Shown here in pieces: positions 57,748 through 64,000 of a stretch of DNA of 64,000 bases. The DNA lies in NCBI GenBank assembly GCA_003022365.1, contig PXOU01000007.1, forward strand, positions 227-64,226. Direction: 5' to 3'. Positions within the stretch are counted from its first letter, which is position 1; the number at the start of each line of letters is the position of its first letter. Origin of the DNA: Candidatus Saccharibacteria bacterium QS_5_54_17. GTDB lineage: Bacteria; Patescibacteriota; Saccharimonadia; QS-5-54-17. Both the position numbers and the translations under genes were made by a program. Below the pieces are notes generated by a model. The model was not told the origin of the DNA. It searched no databases and was given only the letters and a program-made list of their open reading frames with translations.

Positions 57748-59414
57748 ATCCTGATGAGAAAGACTCCACTTCCACGGAAGCTGAACGAGAGCAAAAAGAA
57801 GAATCGTCCGGTCCGGAAAAAAGCCAGCAGTATAATGCTGCCGTGTCTTTGTTAAAAAAACCGATGCATAAATGGCGTGAGCTTACCCCTAAGGCCAAAC
57901 TGCTGAGTGCCGTTGGTGTGATAGTGTTACTTTCGTTGTTAGTGTTCGTGATACCCTCGGCGCGGTACGCCGCACTCAATCTTACCATGGGTACACAGAC
58001 GGTCGAGGTGTTCGTCGTAGATAAAAAGACCCAGCAACCGATCGATAAAGCCAATATCCAGTTCGGCGATACTATGGGCGAGACCGATGAAGAAGGAAGA
58101 GCGATATTGGAAGGGGTGGATTTCGGTCCCCGGCAGATTACCGTGGAAAAAGGGGCTTACGCGGATTTTAGCGGACAGTACACCGTTGATTTCAGGGTGG
58201 ATTTTTTCGGCCCTGTCGAACTTGAGCCGACAGGAGTCCCGCTTAAAATCCGAGCGGTTAATAAAATTTCAAAAACGAGTATCGATGATTTTCAAGTCGC
58301 GCTTAAAGGGTCGGAATTAAGCGCTCGTTCGAATGATAACGGAATTGCAGAATTAAGCGCCCCGCCTCCGGCGGAACGCGAGGTGGACGTTACCGTAACG
58401 GCTGACGGTTACTGGGAAAAAACATTCACGACCGAACTCCGGCTTGAACGAGAGTCATCTAAACCCGGCGTGGTAGAAGTTGTTCCTGAGGGCAAGCATT
58501 ACTTCCTTTCAAACAGAACTGGCACGATAGACTTGGTGGAGGCGAATCTGGATGGTTCAGAAAGAACCGTGGTCGTAGAAGGAACCGGTGATGAAAAACC
58601 GGGTACGCAATTCAAGGTATCTCCGGGCGGGGACTGTGGTGCCATGATCTCAACACGGGCCGGAGAACGCGGCCCATCAGGCGATTTATTGCCTGCTTTA
58701 TACATAGTCAATTTCCAGCAACGCACGATTGAACGGGTGGATGAAGGAGCTCCAAGTTTTCAACCGATCGGCTGGTCGGGAAATCAATTTATTTACCAGA
58801 TCAATTACCGGGACGCTGGACGCGAAGGCAATCAAAAGCTCAAATCCGTTGATACTGCGAGCAATAACGCTCTTGAAACCTATGTTGTTACAAAAGGGTA
58901 CTTCCAGGGGGTTACTCTTTTGCAAGATAAGCTTCTGTATAGCTTGACGCAAAACGAGCGTGAAAAGATAGGCACGTTCCGGATCGATGTGGACAATGGT
59001 TCGGAAAAACAAGTGATTGATACATCCTCCCACCGGACTAAGATTACTGGCGCGAAAACGGCTATTTATCAGGATGATAACGGTGTGGAATACGAATATT
59101 CCGCCGAAAGCGATAGCGTCAATGAATTACAGCAACCGTCGGAGTCCGTGGCCGGTTCGGACTTTACGGTTTCCGGCAAAGGAAAAGTCGCCTGGATAGA
59201 AACCAGGGACGGCACCCGGACTTTGATCGTGGAAGGAACCGCGGTAACTAAAGAAGTGAACGTGAGCGATATTCTACGTTGGCATGGCGAGGATTATATT
59301 ATTTATCACTCTACCAAGGACGGCTCGACTGATTACATCGTTCATGTGGATAGTCAGCAATCACTCGAGATAAGTGATACGTATGAACGTACTTCCCGCC
59401 GTCATCATTATTGA
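57735..59414 (+). CDS. membrane-anchored beta-sandwich + TolB-like propeller protein
   Basis: TM; carboxypeptidase-regulatory-like 'TQQPIDKANI...TDEEGRA'; 'YFLSNRTG...ANLDGSE' propeller. Confidence 0.65.
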   Translation: MAQLDPDEKDSTSTEAEREQKEESSGPEKSQQYNAAVSLLKKPMHKWRELTPKAKLLSAVGVIVLLSLLVFVIPSARYAALNLTMGTQTVEVFVVDKKTQQPIDKANIQFGDTMGETDEEGRAILEGVDFGPRQITVEKGAYADFSGQYTVDFRVDFFGPVELEPTGVPLKIRAVNKISKTSIDDFQVALKGSELSARSNDNGIAELSAPPPAEREVDVTVTADGYWEKTFTTELRLERESSKPGVVEVVPEGKHYFLSNRTGTIDLVEANLDGSERTVVVEGTGDEKPGTQFKVSPGGDCGAMISTRAGERGPSGDLLPALYIVNFQQRTIERVDEGAPSFQPIGWSGNQFIYQINYRDAGREGNQKLKSVDTASNNALETYVVTKGYFQGVTLLQDKLLYSLTQNEREKIGTFRIDVDNGSEKQVIDTSSHRTKITGAKTAIYQDDNGVEYEYSAESDSVNELQQPSESVAGSDFTVSGKGKVAWIETRDGTRTLIVEGTAVTKEVNVSDILRWHGEDYIIYHSTKDGSTDYIVHVDSQQSLEISDTYERTSRRHHY

Positions 59415-59419
59415 GCCTT

Positions 59420-59725
59420 CTTTGTCACTGCGAACTTGGTTCGGAATCTCATTCTGCAACAGGGAAACGATCCCGGATCACTTCGACCTTGCTCAGTGCG
59501 GGTGGGGTCCGGGATGACAATTATTTTTCGTCACCCTCTCTGTCATTCCGGCCGCCGAGCCGGGATCCATTAAGCCGATAAGATTCTGAAACTGATTCTG
59601 AAGCTGATGCTAAAACCGATCCTGAAACAAGCCTGCCTGTCGGCAGACAGGTTCAGGATGACACATTCAGGAATGATATTTAGTCCAATTTTTGTTGCAG
59701 GGTCTTGATAATGATTCCGGGTGAT
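59420..59725. repeat. composite palindromic intergenic element, copy 12 (inverted relative of copy 1)
   Basis: TGTCA modules, 12-bp tandem units, nested inserts; 59655-59725 matches the reverse complement of 3538-3606. Confidence 0.9.
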
Positions 59726-59873
59726 ACGCCCGTGAACACCTTACTGTAGGGGAGGTGTTCAATGTGTCGTGTCACTATACGGGCTTAAAATCTTGCGAAA
59801 TTTGCTATAAAACTTGCGTTTTCGGCATTTGTTCGATACTCTAGGGGTAGAGAAATCAAGGAGATGCTACAAG

Positions 59874-60491
59874 ATGAAGCAAACGCTGACCAAGAAACAG
59901 AAACATTTACTCGATTTCATCCGCCAGTTCGAGCAGGAATTCGGCTATTCACCTACCTATCGGGAGATTATGGACGGACTGCACTATACCTCGGTAGCCA
60001 CGGTTGCCCAGCACGTGGACAACCTATTATATAAGGGGTTTTTGCACAAAGGCAACAATGAAGCACGTTCCATCCAATTGGTGGACGCGGACGTCGATAC
60101 CCAGAACTTGAGTGGCTTACCGGTCAAGGGTTTAATCGCCGCTGGCGAACCCATAGCTGTACTGGATGATCCCAGCGAAACACTGCAGGTGCCCAACTTC
60201 ATGATCAAAAGCGATCAAAGTTACGTGCTGCAGGTCAAGGGCGAAAGCATGGTAGAGGATGGCATTCTGGATGGCGACTACATCGTGGTGAAAGAACAAA
60301 AAACCCCAGTCAACGGGGATGTGGTGGTGGCCATGATCAACGGCGAATCGGCCACGCTGAAGCACTTTTACCGTGAATCGAACCGCATCCGCTTGGAGCC
60401 GGCCAATGCCGCTATGGAGCCGATTTACGTTGATTCGGACAACGACATTGAGATCCAGGGCACCGTAACCGGGGTGATACGGACCTTTTAA
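59874..60491 (+). CDS. lexA: SOS repressor LexA
   Basis: 'LTKKQ...GYSPTYREI' wHTH, AG cleavage site 'IAAGEP', Ser 'GESM', Lys 'ATLK'; RBS AAGGAG upstream of ATG 59874. Confidence 0.95.
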   Translation: MKQTLTKKQKHLLDFIRQFEQEFGYSPTYREIMDGLHYTSVATVAQHVDNLLYKGFLHKGNNEARSIQLVDADVDTQNLSGLPVKGLIAAGEPIAVLDDPSETLQVPNFMIKSDQSYVLQVKGESMVEDGILDGDYIVVKEQKTPVNGDVVVAMINGESATLKHFYRESNRIRLEPANAAMEPIYVDSDNDIEIQGTVTGVIRTF

Positions 60492-61354
60492 TCCGCACTT
60501 CCTGCTATTTGGTTGATTGCTTCGTGTCCGTCCCGGACGGCCATAGTAGCTGCCTGTACCGCTGTCGCGCCAACTTGGAAGTAAAAGTCCGCGTCTTCGC
60601 CGGATTCGATACCGCCGACTCCGATGACATCCATGTTTTCAGGTAATCTTTCCCGGAACTGCTGGACTTGCCCCAAAGCAATCGGCAACATACTCCGTCC
60701 GCTGACACCGCCCCGGCCGGCTGCCAAAACCGGTTCGCCATCTCGGAGCATAACGCCGCCAGGAAATGTATTGCTCGTAGCTACCGCTGATATGTTTTCC
60801 GAGTCAATGATGGCGCCGGCTACCTCGTTTAGTTTCCCCGGGTCCGAATAGGGCGAGAGTTTGGCTACTTGTGGAATATCGGTAACTTTTCCTATCTCGG
60901 CCGCGATGTGCACCATCGTATCAGGATCGAAACTGGCTATGGGTTTTTGCTTGCCGCTTTCGCTTACGTTTGGGCAGCCGAAATTCAGCTCCAGAATGTC
61001 CACGCCGACTTCGTCTGCCATTTTTGCCAGCTGCACGTATTCCTCGGGAGAAAATCCGGCGATGCTGAGAGCGAACGCTTTTCCGGATTCGTGAGTTTTG
61101 GAAATCATATCCGGCAGGTGCCGGCGATAATACTCCATTCCTTCATTCGGCATCCCGAATGAATTCAGAGCATAGTCTTCGCCGGCGAACCAACGCGGTT
61201 CAGGGTTGCCTTCCCGCGGTTCCATGGTGATCGATCCGACTAATACTGCTCCTGTCTCAGTATTGCGCCATCGCTCGACATCTTCCGGCGTCTTGGCGAT
61301 ACTGCAGGCCGCGTTCATGACCGGCGGGTCGATTTCGAAATTGCCTTTTTCCAT
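60488..61354 (-). CDS. pyrD: dihydroorotate dehydrogenase, family 1
   Basis: 'MNAA', 'GSIT..PREGNP.PR', 'LNSFGMPNEG', 'LELNFGCPN', 'KLSPY', 'GGVSG', 'IGVGGI'. Confidence 0.88.
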   Translation of the reverse strand: MEKGNFEIDPPVMNAACSIAKTPEDVERWRNTETGAVLVGSITMEPREGNPEPRWFAGEDYALNSFGMPNEGMEYYRRHLPDMISKTHESGKAFALSIAGFSPEEYVQLAKMADEVGVDILELNFGCPNVSESGKQKPIASFDPDTMVHIAAEIGKVTDIPQVAKLSPYSDPGKLNEVAGAIIDSENISAVATSNTFPGGVMLRDGEPVLAAGRGGVSGRSMLPIALGQVQQFRERLPENMDVIGVGGIESGEDADFYFQVGATAVQAATMAVRDGHEAINQIAGSAD

Positions 61355-61477
61355 ACGTTCTCTCCTCTTTCCTTAATAATACCCCTAGCTTTGGTCAAAC
61401 AAAAATTCCGCCACGGTGGTATCTGCTCGAATTCTGTTATACTTCTATGGAAACAGTGATTTGAATGGGAGTAGCCC

Positions 61478-63205
61478 GTGAGCAACCTGATCGAGCCGCA
61501 TGGCGGCAAATTAACCAATTTACTGGTTGACGGGAATGAAAAAACCCGCTTGCATGAAGAATCTCGACAATGGAAATCCTTCGACCTAAATCAACGGCAA
61601 CTCTGCGACCTGGAACTGCTTTTAACGGGCGGATTTTCCCCGCTCTCTGGGTTCATGAAGCAGGAGGATTACCGGTCGGTGCTGGATGATATGCGCTTGC
61701 GTGACGGGACCTTGTGGCCGATGCCGATCACCCTGGATGTATCGGCGGAATTCGCTGAAAGCCTGCGTGAAGGAGAGAATATCGCGCTCCGTGACAGCGA
61801 AGGCGTCATGTTGGCCGTATTAACCGCCGAAGACATCTGGCAACCGGATAAGGAAGCCGAGGCCGAAGCCGTCTACGCTACGGCCGACACCTATCACCCG
61901 GCGGTCGAGCATCTGTTTAACCAAGCCGGGGATTACTATATCGGTGGCAGCGTGCAAGGTGTCTGTCTGCCGGCTCGATACGACTTCAAATTACATCGGA
62001 ACACACCCAGTGAACTCAGGTCTGAATTCGAGCGCATGGGCTGGCGCGACGTAGTCGCCTTCCAAACCCGGAATCCTATGCACCGGGCGCATGTCGAGCT
62101 GACGCTCAGGGCCGCCAAAGAAACCGGCGCTAACGTTTTGATACATCCGGTCGTCGGCATGACCAAACCCGGCGACGTGGACCACTACACCCGGGTGCGG
62201 GTGTATCAGAAAATTTTGGATAAATATCCTGCCTATACGGCCCATTTGAGCTTGTTGCCGCTGGCCATGCGTATGGGCGGCCCCCGGGAGGCGCTCTGGC
62301 ACGCCATTATCCGGAAAAACTACGGCTGCAATCACTTTATCGTCGGCCGCGACCATGCCGGTCCGGGCAAGAACAAAGACGGCGAAGACTTTTATGAACC
62401 GTATGCCGCCCAGGAATTCGTCCAGCAATATGAATCCGAGTTGGGAATGACGATCGTGCCGTTTCAAATGATGGTTTATGTGGATGATTTGGACATGTAC
62501 AAAGCGATCGACGAACTGGAGGAAAACCAGGAGTATAGCAGTATCTCCGGTACCCAACTCCGGGAACGTCTGGCCGACGGGCGGGAATTACCCGAGTGGT
62601 TTACCTACCCGGAAGTAGCCGAAGAGCTACGCCGGAGCTACCCGCCGCGGTACCGGCAAGGTTTCACGGTCTTTTTGACCGGTTTGTCCGGTTCGGGTAA
62701 ATCAACCATTGCCAAGGCGCTCCAAGCCCGGTTGCTGGAGATGGGCGGCCGGCCGGTGACGCTGCTGGACGGAGATATGGTCCGCAAACACCTCTCCAGC
62801 GAACTGGGGTTTTCCAAGCAACACCGGGATATCAACATCAAACGCATCGGCTTCGTGGCTTCGGAGATTACCAAGAACGGCGGCATCGGGATTTGCGCGC
62901 CCATCGCTCCGTATGAGGCTACCCGCCAGGAGGTTCGGGGTATGATTAGCGCCGGGGGTGGTTTCGTGTTGGCTTACGTGGCTACGCCGCTGGAAATTTG
63001 TAAGCAACGGGATCGGAAAGGCTTGTACGCCAAAGCCGAAGCTGGCGAAATCCAGGAATTCACCGGCATATCCGACCCCTACGAGGAGCCCGAGGATGCC
63101 GAGGTTGTGCTGGAGACCGAAGACACTACACCTGAGGAATCTGCCCAGCAGATCATCCTGCACCTGGAGAGCGAAGGTTATTTAGCCGGGGAAACGGATT
63201 CCTGA
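61478..63205 (+). CDS. sat: bifunctional sulfate adenylyltransferase / adenylylsulfate kinase (Sat-CysC)
   Basis: 'GGFSPL.GFM', 'VAFQTRNPMHRAH', 'HFIVGRDHAG'; APS kinase 'FLTGLSGSGKST', 'LDGD', 'FTGISDPYEEP'. Confidence 0.96.
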   Translation: MSNLIEPHGGKLTNLLVDGNEKTRLHEESRQWKSFDLNQRQLCDLELLLTGGFSPLSGFMKQEDYRSVLDDMRLRDGTLWPMPITLDVSAEFAESLREGENIALRDSEGVMLAVLTAEDIWQPDKEAEAEAVYATADTYHPAVEHLFNQAGDYYIGGSVQGVCLPARYDFKLHRNTPSELRSEFERMGWRDVVAFQTRNPMHRAHVELTLRAAKETGANVLIHPVVGMTKPGDVDHYTRVRVYQKILDKYPAYTAHLSLLPLAMRMGGPREALWHAIIRKNYGCNHFIVGRDHAGPGKNKDGEDFYEPYAAQEFVQQYESELGMTIVPFQMMVYVDDLDMYKAIDELEENQEYSSISGTQLRERLADGRELPEWFTYPEVAEELRRSYPPRYRQGFTVFLTGLSGSGKSTIAKALQARLLEMGGRPVTLLDGDMVRKHLSSELGFSKQHRDINIKRIGFVASEITKNGGIGICAPIAPYEATRQEVRGMISAGGGFVLAYVATPLEICKQRDRKGLYAKAEAGEIQEFTGISDPYEEPEDAEVVLETEDTTPEESAQQIILHLESEGYLAGETDS

Positions 63206-63424
63206 ATGTTATTAAAAAACCCCCGGCGTATCCATCTAGCCAAAACCCTCACCTGGCGGGTATCCGCCACCGTGGCCACCTTTTTAATCAGTTGGGCGGT
63301 CACCGGAGAATTGATTATCGGCGTGACGATCGGTATTGCCGACGTGGCCTTGAAAACCGTGCTCTACTATCTCCATGAACGGGCCTGGTTCCGCTATGCC
63401 CAGGACCATTCCGTCCAGGAATGA
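63206..63424 (+). CDS. DUF2061 small membrane protein
   Basis: 'LAKTLTWRV...K..LYYLHERAW'. Confidence 0.85.
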   Translation: MLLKNPRRIHLAKTLTWRVSATVATFLISWAVTGELIIGVTIGIADVALKTVLYYLHERAWFRYAQDHSVQE

Positions 63425-63540
63425 TCGTCCCGGTAATAATCGCCGCTGCACCCACACCTGGGCAAGTGGGTAACGGGAGTTGCGGCCAGCCGGGTCTGCT
63501 AAGATGGGTGACATGACAACCCGAATGGGGAGCTGAAGAC

Positions 63541-64000
63541 GTGGAAGCGCTCTTAGTAGCGGTCGTATTAACAGTCGCCTTACTGGCTTTACTCCGGGAA
63601 TGGTTACCGCCGGTGGTGATTTTTTTGTTGGCCTTGGGAGTGCTGTTATCCAGCAACATCATCACCGCTCAGCAAGCCTTTGCCGGTTTCAGCAACAGTG
63701 TGCTGTTCATCATCGGGTCGTTATTCGTGGTTGCCCACGCCGTGGAACGTACCGTCAACCTGGCAGGAGGAATGCAGCGAGTCCTGGGGTCCGGCGAAGG
63801 TCCACGGGGCACCCTGCTACGGCTGATGACGCCGGTGGTATTGCTGTCGGGCTTCATCAATAATACCCCGGTCGTAAGTATGTTGGTACCCCAAGTCGGC
63901 ACATGGGCCAATAAGCATGGTATATCCGCTTCGGTGTTGTTGATGCCGCTTTCCTTCGCGGCCGTAATGGGCGGGACTATCACGCTCATCGGCACCTCAA
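63541..64000 (+). CDS. SLC13/DASS-family permease, putative sulfate transporter (3' partial)
   Basis: Not in the track. GTG start with GGGGAG upstream; 'AFAGFSN', 'LSGFINNTPVV', 'LLMPLSFAAVMGGTITLIGTS'. Confidence 0.88.
   Translation, partial: MEALLVAVVLTVALLALLREWLPPVVIFLLALGVLLSSNIITAQQAFAGFSNSVLFIIGSLFVVAHAVERTVNLAGGMQRVLGSGEGPRGTLLRLMTPVVLLSGFINNTPVVSMLVPQVGTWANKHGISASVLLMPLSFAAVMGGTITLIGTS

Overview
This is a 64-kb chromosomal window around the replication origin of a bacterium. Gene content points to Patescibacteria (CPR), probably Saccharimonadia-like; that taxonomy is inferred, not searched. Left to right it contains five blocks. (1) 1-17.6 kb: a CPR-type T4SS-like cluster (VirB6/TrbL-like, PrgI, VirB4) followed by cell-wall hydrolases (two M23 proteins, an SLT domain, an M15-like domain) and propeller/Ig-like surface proteins. 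(2) 18-24.7 kb: dciA-recF-dnaN-dnaA, with DnaA-box clusters on both sides of dnaA, then rpmH-rnpA-yidC-jag. (3) 25-56.6 kb: a surface-glycan locus (wzm/wzt, GT2/GT4, three GT-C-like membrane proteins, two sulfotransferases, two methyltransferases, rfbA/rfbB) interleaved with secreted amidase, protease and lysozyme-like proteins that share a C-terminal repeat. (4) lexA and a lone pyrD. (5) A sat-cysC / DUF2061 / SLC13 sulfate-activation operon. The most striking unexplained structure is a family of twelve ~150-400 bp composite intergenic elements. They are built from TGTCAT-tagged palindromes, conserved linkers and degenerate heptamer tracts, with hairpins nested inside other hairpins. One copy carries an internally deleted IS200 element. 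No rRNA, tRNA or CRISPR array was recognised.
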